Program-made: the position numbers and the translations under genes
Notes under the pieces: model-generated
Databases searched by the model: none
The model's input: only the letters and a program-made list of their open reading frames with translations
Told to the model about the DNA's origin: nothing
Shown here: piece by piece, positions 32,826 to 42,678 of the stretch
How the letters are laid out: the number at the start of each line of letters is the position of its first letter
Position numbering within the stretch: position 1 is the stretch's first letter
Source of the DNA: an uncultured Armatimonadia bacterium
Lineage (GTDB): Bacteria; Armatimonadota; Zipacnadia; CAVVLO01
Assembly (NCBI GenBank): GCA_963749155.1
Contig: CAVVLO010000005.1
Location: 32,001-96,000, forward strand
Length of the DNA stretch: 64,000 nucleotides
Direction: 5' to 3'

Positions 32826-33716
32826 ATGGCAAAGCAGGCGTTGTTGCAAACGGATTTCCCAAACCTGAAACTCGTTGGCCGGGGCAAGGTCCGCGATATC
32901 TATGATTTCGAGGATAAGCTCCTCATCGTGGTCACCGATCGCATCTCTGCCTTCGACTGCATAATGCCAAACGGCATCACGGATAAGGGCAAGATCCTCA
33001 ACACGATGGCTTCTTTCTGGTTTGAGTTGCTTGGAGATATCGTGCCCAACCACACTCTTACTGGCGATGTGGCGCAGTATCCTGCCGAATGCGCCCCCTA
33101 TGCAGACGACCTCGAGCAGCGCTCTCTCCTGGTAAAGAAGGCCCAGGTCTTCCCAATCGAGTGCGTCGTGCGCGGATATCTGGCAGGTTCTGGCTGGAAG
33201 GATTACCAGAAGACAGGCGAGGTTTGCGGGCACAAGCTGCCAGCAGGACTGCGCCAGGCTGATAAACTGCCGGAACCAATCTTTACCCCTGCCACCAAAG
33301 CCGAGACTGGCCACGACGAGAATATAAGCAAAGCTCAGGCAGCCACAATAATCGGTCAAGAATATGCAGATTATCTTGAAGAAACTTCTATAAACTTATA
33401 CAAAACTGCGGCTGATTATGCCCGTAAGCGTGGCATCATAATCGCCGACACCAAGTTCGAGTTCGGCCTGATTGAGGGGACCATCCACCTCGTGGATGAA
33501 GCTTTGACCCCCGATTCGTCACGCTTCTGGGATGCCGAGACCTACGAACCTGGCAAAGACCAGCCCAGCTTCGACAAGCAGTACTTGCGCGATTATCTCG
33601 AGACACTGGACTGGGACAAGACTCCTCCCGCGCCAGTCCTGCCCGAGGAGATAGTTGAAGGCACAAGCAAGCGTTACCACGAAGCCCTGGTGCGCTTAAC
33701 CGGTAAAGACTTATGA
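32826..33716 (+). CDS. purC: SAICAR synthase
   Basis: GKVRDIY, TDRISAFD, ECVVRGYLAGSG, ADTKFEFG, DEALTPDSSRFW, SFDKQYLRDYL. Confidence 0.97.
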   Translation: MAKQALLQTDFPNLKLVGRGKVRDIYDFEDKLLIVVTDRISAFDCIMPNGITDKGKILNTMASFWFELLGDIVPNHTLTGDVAQYPAECAPYADDLEQRSLLVKKAQVFPIECVVRGYLAGSGWKDYQKTGEVCGHKLPAGLRQADKLPEPIFTPATKAETGHDENISKAQAATIIGQEYADYLEETSINLYKTAADYARKRGIIIADTKFEFGLIEGTIHLVDEALTPDSSRFWDAETYEPGKDQPSFDKQYLRDYLETLDWDKTPPAPVLPEEIVEGTSKRYHEALVRLTGKDL

Positions 33717-34909
33717 GTCGCAAATATCTCTTCCTGGTACCGGACGGCGCTGCGGATGAACCTCGGGACGAGTTAGATGGCCTGACGGTTCTGCAGGCTG
33801 CGCGCATACCCAATATGGACCGACTTGCCCAGCAGGGGCAGGTGGGCCTGGTGCGCACCGTGCCCGACGGGCTGGAGGCTCAGAGCGATGTCGCCAATAT
33901 GAGCCTGCTCGGTTTCGATCCGCGCAAGTATTACTGCGGCCGGGGTCCACTTGAGGCGCTCGCCCAGGGCATTGAACTCGGTACGAGCGATGTCGCTTTC
34001 CGCTGCAACCTGATTGCTACCGAGGGTGAGACAATTGTCTCTTTCAGTGGGGGCCATATCACGACTCCCGAATCCACAGAGCTGATGCGCTATCTTGATG
34101 AGAAGCTGGGCAGTCGCGCTTTCCACTTTTATCCGGGCGTAAGCTATCGCAACCTGCTTGTCTGGACTGGCGGTCCCACCGATCTAAAGGCTTTTGCGCC
34201 TCACGACCATGTGGGAGAATCGCTGGAGAGTGTCTTCCCGGTGGGCGATGGGGCGGAGCAGCTTATCCAGCTTATCTGGGACAGCTACGAGTTGCTTTCC
34301 AGGCATCCGCTGAACCGTCGCCGGCAAGACGAAGGGAAGCTCGCAGCCAACCTGATCTGGCCCTGGAGTCCTGGGCGGATTCCCAAGGTGACTCCGCTGA
34401 CTGTTGCGCGCGGTGTTACGGGCGCCGTCGTCTGTGCTGTTGACCTTATCAAGGGACTTGGCAAGCTGGCGGGATTGATTTATTTGCCTGTCGAAGGCGC
34501 TACTGGCTATACCGATACCAACTACGCGGGCAAGGGCGCCAGAGCAGTAGAAGCCTTGCAGGCTATGGATTTCGTTTATGTCCATGTAGAAGCACCGGAT
34601 GAAGCAGGCCACGATGGAAGCCTGGAAGCCAAACTCCAGGCTGTCGAACAGGTTGACAAACTGGTGCTCGGGCAAGTGCTTGAGGCTAATTTTGATGATC
34701 TGGCAGTGCTGGTAGCGCCAGATCACCCTACCCCAATCAGGCTTAAGACTCATACTCCGAGCCCTGTGCCTTTTGTGCTCTGGAAGTCTGGCCAGCCCGC
34801 TGGCAGTTCCAGCGTGGACGAGTTCTCCGAGCAAGCAGCAGCTTCGACAGGTTTCTTCGTTGAAGAAGGCCACAGACTACTGGACTTGCTCTGTCCACTG
34901 CGCGATTAA
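33713..34909 (+). CDS. apgM: Cofactor-independent phosphoglycerate mutase family (ApgM; proposed homoserine kinase subfamily)
   Basis: DGAAD, SDVANMSLLG, GRGPLEA, AFRCNL, GVSYRNL, HVEAPDEAGHDG, PDHPTP..THT..PVPF. Confidence 0.9.
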   Translation: MSRKYLFLVPDGAADEPRDELDGLTVLQAARIPNMDRLAQQGQVGLVRTVPDGLEAQSDVANMSLLGFDPRKYYCGRGPLEALAQGIELGTSDVAFRCNLIATEGETIVSFSGGHITTPESTELMRYLDEKLGSRAFHFYPGVSYRNLLVWTGGPTDLKAFAPHDHVGESLESVFPVGDGAEQLIQLIWDSYELLSRHPLNRRRQDEGKLAANLIWPWSPGRIPKVTPLTVARGVTGAVVCAVDLIKGLGKLAGLIYLPVEGATGYTDTNYAGKGARAVEALQAMDFVYVHVEAPDEAGHDGSLEAKLQAVEQVDKLVLGQVLEANFDDLAVLVAPDHPTPIRLKTHTPSPVPFVLWKSGQPAGSSSVDEFSEQAAASTGFFVEEGHRLLDLLCPLRD

Positions 34910-34920
34910 AGGCCTCTGAT

Positions 34921-36336
34921 ATGGAGTCACTCGAAGCCAGGATGGTCCGCTTCATCCGGACGCGCCAGTTGTTGCCCGACGGCGCTACGGTGCTCGTTGC
35001 CTATTCGGGTGGGCCAGATTCTACCTTCTTGCTGCATGCGCTCTCGGCCGCCCGGGATACCCTCAACATCCAGCTTGTGGCAGCTCACCTCAATCACGGC
35101 CTGCGTGGCGAGAAAGCAAGCCAGGATGAAATCCATTGCCGGCGCGTATGCAAACAGCTTGGCATCTCGCTCGTGACTGGCCAGGCGGCTTTATCAAGCC
35201 GGCTGAGCGAAGCGAAAGCGCGCGGAGTCGAAGAACTGGCGCGCACCACCCGGCGACATTTCCTGCTTGAGACGGCAGACCGACTTGGTTGCGGACGTAT
35301 TGCAACTGGTCATACGCTGGACGACCGAGTCGAGAGCCTGTTGATGAACGCCGTGCGCGGCACTGGGCTTGCCGGGCTGACTGGGATACGAGTCTCCTCA
35401 CTTCCCTTCGTCCGGCCCTTGCTTGAAATCAGGCGCTCCGATCTGCTGGCCTGGCTGGCTGAACACAAGGTCGAATGGATAACTGACGAGACCAACTTCG
35501 AGCTTGGGCCACTGCGCAACCGGGTACGCCAGTTGCTGATTCCAAGTCTGGAACGCGATATTGCCGAGGGCGCCACCGAGGCGCTGGCGCGTCTTGCCGA
35601 TTTGGCCGAACAAGCGCATGGGTACCTCTGCAAGCAGGCTCTTGAGGCGCTAGCCCAGTGCTCCAGATGCGAAGGAAACGACCTGCTGCTCCAGATCGAG
35701 CGTTTGATGGCGCTTGATCCAGCCCTGCGCGGCGAGGTACTGAGGCAGGCCCTGCTTGAGCTTGCTCCCGACCTGCGCGATTTGGCTCAGGCGCATATCC
35801 ATCAGTTAGAGGCGCTCACCAGGTCAGAGGGAAGCAGCAAGGGGTTGCAACTCCCTACCGCGCCGGAAGTCTTTATATATAAAGAATACAATCAACTACG
35901 TCTGACACTGATTCCAGCAAGCGAAGTCCAGCCTGTTGCAGTTCAGTTGCCCCTGCCAGGCCAGGTGGACTTGCCAGACCGCAAACTCAGTATTGTAGTC
36001 AGCCTGGTTGATAGAGAGAGCTTGCCCTCTGAGCCCGCGTCGAATTGCCTGTATGTGGCACTAAACAACCTAAGCCAACCGCTTGTCCTGCGCAGTCCGC
36101 GAGAAGGAGACAGCTTTGTACCACTGGGGCTTGGCGCAGAAAAGAGAGTTGCCAGGTACCTGCTGGATGCCAGGATTCCTGCCAGCGAAAGAGCCAAAGC
36201 TCTGCTGGTATGTGATACTGAAGGAATACTGGGTATACTGGGACTGCGTCCGGCTGAACGGGCTCGTGACGCCCTGAAGGCTGACCAGGTTGTCGAATTC
36301 AGGCTTGTGTCCTTAGCCAACAGCTCTGAGGAGTAG
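34921..36336 (+). CDS. tilS: tRNA(Ile)-lysidine synthetase
   Basis: AYSGGPDS PP-loop, HLNHGLR, ATGHTLDD, RGTGLAGL, RPLL, RNRVR and a C-terminal TilS_C domain. Confidence 0.95.
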   Translation: MESLEARMVRFIRTRQLLPDGATVLVAYSGGPDSTFLLHALSAARDTLNIQLVAAHLNHGLRGEKASQDEIHCRRVCKQLGISLVTGQAALSSRLSEAKARGVEELARTTRRHFLLETADRLGCGRIATGHTLDDRVESLLMNAVRGTGLAGLTGIRVSSLPFVRPLLEIRRSDLLAWLAEHKVEWITDETNFELGPLRNRVRQLLIPSLERDIAEGATEALARLADLAEQAHGYLCKQALEALAQCSRCEGNDLLLQIERLMALDPALRGEVLRQALLELAPDLRDLAQAHIHQLEALTRSEGSSKGLQLPTAPEVFIYKEYNQLRLTLIPASEVQPVAVQLPLPGQVDLPDRKLSIVVSLVDRESLPSEPASNCLYVALNNLSQPLVLRSPREGDSFVPLGLGAEKRVARYLLDARIPASERAKALLVCDTEGILGILGLRPAERARDALKADQVVEFRLVSLANSSEE

Positions 36337-36341
36337 CGCGC

Positions 36342-37253
36342 TTGTCAAGATTCAGACCTGCCAAGGACTATTCGCCACGTGAGCTGGCCTATCACTGGTT
36401 CGTCCAGTGGGCCATGTGGATTCTCGTCGCGTTGCCCTGGAGACTGGTTTACTGGCTTTGTTGGCCTATTGGCCTTCTGGCCTTCAGTTTTCAAAAAACT
36501 GGTCGCAGGCGAGTTATGCGTAACCTGCATCTGGCCTTTGGCGGTCATTACAATCCTGCTGAACGCTGGTGGCTCGCTTCGCGCTCGTATGTCACTCTTG
36601 CCCTGGCGATGACCGAGTCTCTCAAACACACTGGGGGCAAGCAGTTTGATATGCCAATGATCGCGCCTCTGGGCCTGGAGCGACTTGATGCAGCTCTGGC
36701 GAAGGGGAAAGGGATTATTCTGATCAGCTCTCACTTCAGCACTTTTGGCTTTGCCGGTACAAAACTTCGGGAGCTAGGTTACCCTTACCACGTGGTCAGC
36801 AAGCGCCAGGAGAGTCGTGTCGAGGAAGCCTTCTTCGTAGAGATGCGCCGCCACGCGGATATCACTTTTATTTATCGCGACGAATCATCTCGAGCTTTGC
36901 TCCGAGTATTACAGTCGAACAAGATATTGAACTTGTTTGTTGATCAGACCGCTCGTGAGACTGGTGGCACCTGGGTCAATTTCTTCGGGCAATCTTTTTG
37001 GACATATGATGGCGCGGCCAGACTTGCCAGGAAGACTGGAGCCACTGTTATGACCGCTTCAATATATCGTGTAGGTTCGAAGATGCAGTTGCGTATCGGT
37101 GAGCCGGTTACCTGGGAATATTCCGATGACAAGGAAGTTGATGCCCAGCGTGGCACCCAGGCCATGGTCAAAGCTATAGAAGACGAGATACGACAATGTC
37201 CAGACCATTGGGCCTGGATGCAAAAACCCTGGAAGCATCTCGGCATCAAGTAA
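36342..37253 (+). CDS. Lipid A biosynthesis-type lysophospholipid acyltransferase (LpxL/HtrB family)
   Basis: KGKGIILISSHF, VDQ..GTWVNFFG, GAARLARKTGA, IEDEIRQCPDHWAW..KPWK. Confidence 0.85.
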   Translation: MSRFRPAKDYSPRELAYHWFVQWAMWILVALPWRLVYWLCWPIGLLAFSFQKTGRRRVMRNLHLAFGGHYNPAERWWLASRSYVTLALAMTESLKHTGGKQFDMPMIAPLGLERLDAALAKGKGIILISSHFSTFGFAGTKLRELGYPYHVVSKRQESRVEEAFFVEMRRHADITFIYRDESSRALLRVLQSNKILNLFVDQTARETGGTWVNFFGQSFWTYDGAARLARKTGATVMTASIYRVGSKMQLRIGEPVTWEYSDDKEVDAQRGTQAMVKAIEDEIRQCPDHWAWMQKPWKHLGIK

Positions 37254-37269
37254 TCAGACCTTGCCCGAA

Positions 37270-37298
37270 TTGAAGCCCTCCTCGTAAACCGGTATAAT
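37270..37298 (+). promoter_or_regulatory. Sigma70 promoter upstream of hisG
   Basis: TTGAAG-N17-TATAAT. Confidence 0.6.
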
Positions 37299-37331
37299 CT
37301 CCCTATACAAGGAAGTAAGGAGAGGTAATCT

Positions 37332-38231
37332 GTGAGTGACCCTACCGTAGTAAAGCTGGGCCTTCCCAAAGGCAGCCTTCAGGATGCGACCATTTCGCTG
37401 ATGAAGAAGGCGGGCTTCAGCATCCATGTAAGCAGCCGGAGTTATTATCCTTCTATAGATGACAAAGGCTTTAGCTGCGTGCTAATACGCGCCCAGGAGA
37501 TAGCTCGCTACGTCTCTCTGGGTGTCCTCGATGTTGGTCTGACTGGCTGGGACTGGATTGTCGAAAACGGTGTTGACGACCAGGTCCATCAGGTCTGCGA
37601 ATTGATTTACGCCAAACAGGAAATGCGTCCTGTGCGCTGGGTACTCGCCGCCAGGCCGGACTCGGGTATCCGGGGCATCAGCGATCTGGGCGGTAAGCGC
37701 ATTGCTACGGAGCTTGTGAACGTCACAAAGAGAAAAATCGCTGAAGCAGGGATTGTGCCTGCCTCTGTAGAGTTCTCCTGGGGTGCTACTGAGGCCAAGA
37801 TCCCTGATCTGGCCGATGCCATCGTCGAGGTTACCGAGACAGGCAGCACCTTGCGCGCGCATGGACTCGAGATCTACGCCGACCTGCTCGAATCTACCAC
37901 CAGGATGATAGCTAATCCAGTGGCTTATGAAGATCCGGTGAAGCGCGAGAAGATCGATAATCTGGCCTTGCTGCTTCAGGGCGCTCTTCGTGCTGAGGAG
38001 AAAGTCGGCCTGAAACTGAACGTGGCTTGTGACAATCTGGCAGCCATCCTGGAGATTCTCCCCGCCATGCGCCGGCCAACGGTTTCTCAGCTTGCAGGCG
38101 ATGGTAATGGCGGTTGGGTCGCAGTTGAGACCATCATCAACGAAGCCGAGGCCAGAGAGATAATCCCCAGGCTCAAGCGCGCTGGTGGCGAGGGTATAGT
38201 AGAATATCCTTTGAACAAGGTAATTCCCTGA
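37332..38231 (+). CDS. hisG: ATP phosphoribosyltransferase, long form
   Basis: [45 protein letters not shown] and the C-terminal regulatory domain. Confidence 0.97.
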   Translation: MSDPTVVKLGLPKGSLQDATISLMKKAGFSIHVSSRSYYPSIDDKGFSCVLIRAQEIARYVSLGVLDVGLTGWDWIVENGVDDQVHQVCELIYAKQEMRPVRWVLAARPDSGIRGISDLGGKRIATELVNVTKRKIAEAGIVPASVEFSWGATEAKIPDLADAIVEVTETGSTLRAHGLEIYADLLESTTRMIANPVAYEDPVKREKIDNLALLLQGALRAEEKVGLKLNVACDNLAAILEILPAMRRPTVSQLAGDGNGGWVAVETIINEAEAREIIPRLKRAGGEGIVEYPLNKVIP

Positions 38232-38250
38232 ACGGGAAGCTGGTGACTAA

Positions 38251-39420
38251 GTGACTTCTAGTAGTCAGGCACAACTTGGTCCAGCGGCAGAAGGGCTGTT
38301 TGAAAAAGCTCAACGCCTTCGCGCAGCTGGTCAGCTCAGTGAGGCTCGAGATGCGGTAAGGATGGTAACCCATCTTTCACCGCAACTTGAAGAGGCCTGG
38401 TTATTGCTTGCCGAGTTGTGTGAGGACCTGGAGGATGTAAAAGGCGCCGAGCAGGCTTACCGTAAGCTGGCAGGCCTGAGGATAGAGCCTGTCCGGAGTC
38501 AAAGCTCTGGAGAATTAATGGCTACCCCTACCCAGCGCCGAGTACTTGATCCCCAGTCGGCCAGGAAGCTGGCTATCTGGGCAGCAGGTCTCTTCCTGTC
38601 TCTGGTGCTACTCACAGGAGTCTGGCTCAAGGTGCGCGCCGATGCTCAGCAGCGCGTTGTCGAATATCCCTCGGTAACGGACCTTCAACAGAATTATGAG
38701 TCGCCTACATCAGATAACAATACGGTATTACCCCAGGTAGATGGGCCACTTAACAACTCCCAGAAAGGCCAAGTTCAAAGCCAGCAATCTGGGGCCCAGC
38801 CTACTGCTCAAAGCCAGTCGCCGCCGAGTTATGTGCCGACTGTCAGAAATCCCATCGTGCCCAATATCCAGCGCCCGAACGGGGTGCCAACCTTGCCGGA
38901 CCTGCTGTCAAATCCAGGCTCCAGCGGGGGCGGTATCAGTCCTGTGCCTCCACCAAATCTTGCTGCGCAGCCTTACCCTTCATATCAGGGAACGGGTAAT
39001 TACTGGCAAGGCCCCATAGCACCCTGGACTACTGTCCAGCCGAATACAGCCAACAGTGGGGGACGTGTCAACGCCAATACGGGCGTGCTGATACCTGCTA
39101 ATCCAGGCGCGACCTCTACAGCCCCATCCAGTAATGGGGGCGCAGCCGCCAGTGGCACTAATCTGGCCCCACCTCGCACAGGCCTGGCTCCTGCGAATGG
39201 CGGTAGTGCCAGCGCGGGCGCCAGCTCTGCTTCCGCAGGCTTTGCCAAACAGGCCGAAGCTGAGAATCTGATGCGTCAGAACAAGCGCGCGGAGGCCAGG
39301 ACCGCATATAAGATGGCTGTAGCTGAGCTGCTTGAAGCCAAAATGATGGGCAACGACAGCGAGCGGGTTCAGACTGCTATCCGCAGCTGCCAGTTAGCTT
39401 TGAATTTGCTTGGAGAATAA
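38251..39420 (+). CDS. Hypothetical bitopic protein: N-terminal TPR-like helices, TM helix, long Pro/Gln/Ser/Gly-rich linker, C-terminal helical hairpin
   Basis: Long ORF within the operon; EEAWLLLAEL..AEQAY; hydrophobic LAIWAAGLFLSLVLLTGVWL; low-complexity central region. Confidence 0.7.
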   Translation: MTSSSQAQLGPAAEGLFEKAQRLRAAGQLSEARDAVRMVTHLSPQLEEAWLLLAELCEDLEDVKGAEQAYRKLAGLRIEPVRSQSSGELMATPTQRRVLDPQSARKLAIWAAGLFLSLVLLTGVWLKVRADAQQRVVEYPSVTDLQQNYESPTSDNNTVLPQVDGPLNNSQKGQVQSQQSGAQPTAQSQSPPSYVPTVRNPIVPNIQRPNGVPTLPDLLSNPGSSGGGISPVPPPNLAAQPYPSYQGTGNYWQGPIAPWTTVQPNTANSGGRVNANTGVLIPANPGATSTAPSSNGGAAASGTNLAPPRTGLAPANGGSASAGASSASAGFAKQAEAENLMRQNKRAEARTAYKMAVAELLEAKMMGNDSERVQTAIRSCQLALNLLGE

Positions 39421-39441
39421 CACCAGCTAGCGGAGGTACGA

Positions 39442-41022
39442 ATGAGGCTCGCGCCTAAAGCTCTCCTCCTGATTTTTATTCCAGCTCTACTCATGGCTGG
39501 TTTTTTCGTCCCAATTACATCGGCTGCCGCGGATGAACCTGCTCCTCCTGAACCTCTTGTGGCGCTTTTCCCTAGCCTGGTTGCAGGCCCTGTCGAAGGC
39601 TTGGCAGAGCTTTTTGATAAATCAGTGCGCGATCAGATGGATGCCGCAACCAGTTTTCGTGTATTGCTTGCTTATCCCCAGTCCAGTTCGGCACTGCTGG
39701 CTGTGCAGAGTCTCGAACTCAAACCTGAAGCCTTGCTTTCCTCAATAGATCCTTTGATAATGCAAGCGCTGGTGCGCACTCTGGTGGCTGACCTTGGCGC
39801 CCGTCCCAGGCTGGAATTCACCCCTGAAGGCAAACTCGAAAGCTGCGAAGTGCTGCTGTTCTGGCATGACGCCAGCCGGTCAGTCCAGGTTGCGCCGCCT
39901 TCGACCTCTACCAGCCTTGAAGGCCTTGTCGCTACAGTGGCTGGAGAGATGGTCAAGGCGGTCGCCGAGGCGGCCAGTGGGCTCCAGACAGGCACTGCCC
40001 TTGTGCCCCAGCCTGTCAGCCAGGACGCTGCCGAACAAGCCGACGCCCTTTTCAAGGAACACGAAGTCGCGCTGGCGGCTGGCAATACGGCTTTAGCAAT
40101 CAGTCAATTGCTAAGGGCTGTTGATCTGGCTCCGGATAATCTTCGCTACCGTGAAGCGCTGGGTGAGCTGTATACCTCGCTCAGGCAAAACAGCCAGGCT
40201 ATCGTCCAGTACAAAGCTCTTGCAGCGGCTGTACCCGATTCGGCTGACTATCAGGAGCGACTTGGGCATCTCTATTATGCTAATAACCAGTTTATGCCAT
40301 CGGCTCAGGCGTTCGATGCCGCGCTCAAGCTGGATCCAACCCGCACTGGGCTCTGGGTAAATCTCGGTAAAGCCTATGATTCGCTCGATAACGAGGTAGC
40401 TGCGCTTGCCGCTTATCGAAAAGCCGCCGACCTTAAGTTGCCCAATCCGGCAATCTATACCAGACTCGCAGATGCCTCTCTCAAAATCGGCGAAGTGGAA
40501 CTGGCGATGGATTATTTCCAGCGCGCCGCCGAACTCGCCCCCAATGATATCGACTTGCAGTCTCGTATCGCTAACCTCTTCCTGACTCAGGGCACGCCCG
40601 ATCAGACCCTTGATGCCTTGCTGCGCCTGGTGGCGGCTATGCCGGAGGACGCTGCGATACTCTCCCCTCAGGCCTATGAAGCTTTCGTGACCTGGATGCG
40701 TCGGCGCATCGACCGCGAATTGGCCAGTGTCCGCCAGGGGCTGGTCGACCTGTCCGAACAGAAACTTTCGCGAGAAGAACTCTTCGATCGGACAGTTTTC
40801 GAGTGGGAAGGCCTAAAGAGATATGTCTCACTTGCCGATAAGCTAGAACCGGACGAAGCGCGCGCCCAGCAACATGCGCACTTCGTCTATGCCCTGGCTC
40901 TGGCGCAAGAGGCCTTGCTCGAATATCTGCTTTATATAGATACCGGTGTACCTGCTCATCTGGGCGCTGCGAGCAACAAGGCCTCCGCTGCCACAATCGA
41001 GTTCCGTCAGGCCTCGGGCTGA
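39442..41022 (+). CDS. Secreted TPR-repeat protein
   Basis: RBS ggagg; signal peptide; repeated RAVDLAP, AALKLDP and RAAELAP TPR units. Confidence 0.8.
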   Translation: MRLAPKALLLIFIPALLMAGFFVPITSAAADEPAPPEPLVALFPSLVAGPVEGLAELFDKSVRDQMDAATSFRVLLAYPQSSSALLAVQSLELKPEALLSSIDPLIMQALVRTLVADLGARPRLEFTPEGKLESCEVLLFWHDASRSVQVAPPSTSTSLEGLVATVAGEMVKAVAEAASGLQTGTALVPQPVSQDAAEQADALFKEHEVALAAGNTALAISQLLRAVDLAPDNLRYREALGELYTSLRQNSQAIVQYKALAAAVPDSADYQERLGHLYYANNQFMPSAQAFDAALKLDPTRTGLWVNLGKAYDSLDNEVAALAAYRKAADLKLPNPAIYTRLADASLKIGEVELAMDYFQRAAELAPNDIDLQSRIANLFLTQGTPDQTLDALLRLVAAMPEDAAILSPQAYEAFVTWMRRRIDRELASVRQGLVDLSEQKLSREELFDRTVFEWEGLKRYVSLADKLEPDEARAQQHAHFVYALALAQEALLEYLLYIDTGVPAHLGAASNKASAATIEFRQASG

Positions 41023-41047
41023 CTCTGGCAGGCAAGGGGGACTAGGT

Positions 41048-42022
41048 GTGCGCTTCCCTCGGCACATCGTTGGGCTGACCTTTGGGCTTGTGCTAGTGGC
41101 TTTTTTGGCTCAGGCTCAGGACAAGGGAATCAACGAGTTATTCTCGCAGCTTCAACTTGATTCCTATGAACACCGAGCAGTCTACTACTGGTGGTTCAAG
41201 CCCTTCCTGTCTGTCCTCGTCTTGCTGGTGATTTCCTGTCTTGCCTGGGAGTTGCTACATGACCGCAGGCTTCGCCGCAAGCTGTTAAGGCTGCAGTCGA
41301 GGCTGGCTGGCGCCTCGCTGGATCCTGCCCAACTGGTTCGCGAAGGCGCTCGGCTTGAGCTTTGTCGCACTCTGCCCAAAGAAGAACTGCCCTTCTGTAT
41401 CGGTCGTAGTGTGATTGAGGAAGTTGAACCGCGCCGGCTGGCGGTCCTTCCCCCGATGAGAGAGGGCACTGTACTGCCTCTGCATGAGGGAGAACGCCTC
41501 CTGGTGCGCCTGCTGGCACGAGAGGGCCTCTACGAGTATTGGTCTACCGTCCTGACTTATGAGCGCCAACAGGCCTCGCCGAGTGAGCGACTCTATTGGC
41601 TCTCGGTCCCTGTAAAATTATTTCGAAACCAGCGACGTAACTATTTCCGTAGCAAACTGGGCCTGCCTGTGTCACTGGTGCCCCTGCCTCCCCCTGGGCG
41701 CCGAGATGACGAAACAGAACCGCTTGAACCACCAGTCTATGGAGGCTATACCCTCGATATTTCAGGAGGGGGCGCTCGCGTGCGCACTGATGCGCCCTTC
41801 TTGGCAGGAGAGCACGCAAAGGTTACCATTGACCTCGGGCCGGAGGATGGGCAGTTGACCGCCCTGGCTACTGTAGCCAAAACAATATCCAGCCTGGAGG
41901 GCGATCAGGTTTGTCTTCAATTCCGCAAACTGACGGAGGTCGAACGTCATCGTCTGGTCTCCAAAGTGATGGAGGCGGAACGGCTGGTGCAACGCAAAAA
42001 GCGCCATCAGCAGACGATGTAG
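41048..42022 (+). CDS. Membrane-anchored YcgR/PilZ c-di-GMP-binding (flagellar brake-like) protein
   Basis: QRRNYFR (RxxxR) and DISGGG (DxSxxG) PilZ motifs, a YcgR-like middle domain and two N-terminal hydrophobic segments. Confidence 0.85.
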   Translation: MRFPRHIVGLTFGLVLVAFLAQAQDKGINELFSQLQLDSYEHRAVYYWWFKPFLSVLVLLVISCLAWELLHDRRLRRKLLRLQSRLAGASLDPAQLVREGARLELCRTLPKEELPFCIGRSVIEEVEPRRLAVLPPMREGTVLPLHEGERLLVRLLAREGLYEYWSTVLTYERQQASPSERLYWLSVPVKLFRNQRRNYFRSKLGLPVSLVPLPPPGRRDDETEPLEPPVYGGYTLDISGGGARVRTDAPFLAGEHAKVTIDLGPEDGQLTALATVAKTISSLEGDQVCLQFRKLTEVERHRLVSKVMEAERLVQRKKRHQQTM

Positions 42023-42639
42023 TCCCCGCTGGCCGGCTGCTGTTGCATACTTGCTGTGCCCCTTGTGCAACGGTCCTGCCCTCCGAGCTTGCCACCAGGG
42101 GTTTCGATGTCCAGTTGTTTTTCTACAATCCCAACATCCACCCCTATCGCGAGTTCAAGCTGCGCCTGCGCGAGGTTGAGCGGCTGGCAGAAATCGACTC
42201 GCTACGCCTGTTTTCTGACCCCTTGTACAGGATGCCGGAGTTCCTCAGAGAGGTCGTCCAAAAGGAGTTCAACAGGTGCCAAATCTGTTATAATCTTAGA
42301 CAAACTAGGACAGCCGCAAAGGCAGCCGAACTGGGCTATGAGTGGTTCTCCACCACGTTGCTCCAGAGTCCCTATCAAGATCAGAAAGCGCTAATCAAGG
42401 CCGGAGAAGAAGCCGCTCTGCGTTATGGCGTAAAGTTTTTGGCGGAGGACTTCACCCCCTGGTTTGGGCCTGGGGAGGCGCGCGCCAGGGAGCTTGGGCT
42501 CTACCAGCAGGCTTATTGCGGGTGCATCTACAGTGAGTGGGAGCGGTATAGTCCGCGCGCGCGCAAGCAGCTTGCCAGGCAGCTCTCTGAGTGGGATGAG
42601 CGCAAGCAGGCTGAGGCGCTCGAGCAGCCAGATAAGTAA
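42016..42639 (+). CDS. queH: Epoxyqueuosine reductase QueH (DUF208); start uncertain
   Basis: LLLHTCCAPC, FFYNPNIHP, RCQICY, FSTTLLQSPYQ, LYQQAYCGCIYS. Confidence 0.92.
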   Translation, partial: DVVPAGRLLLHTCCAPCATVLPSELATRGFDVQLFFYNPNIHPYREFKLRLREVERLAEIDSLRLFSDPLYRMPEFLREVVQKEFNRCQICYNLRQTRTAAKAAELGYEWFSTTLLQSPYQDQKALIKAGEEAALRYGVKFLAEDFTPWFGPGEARARELGLYQQAYCGCIYSEWERYSPRARKQLARQLSEWDERKQAEALEQPDK

Positions 42640-42678
42640 GGCTCGTCAAGTTGCTTTAAGCATCCCGAGGTGGCTTGG

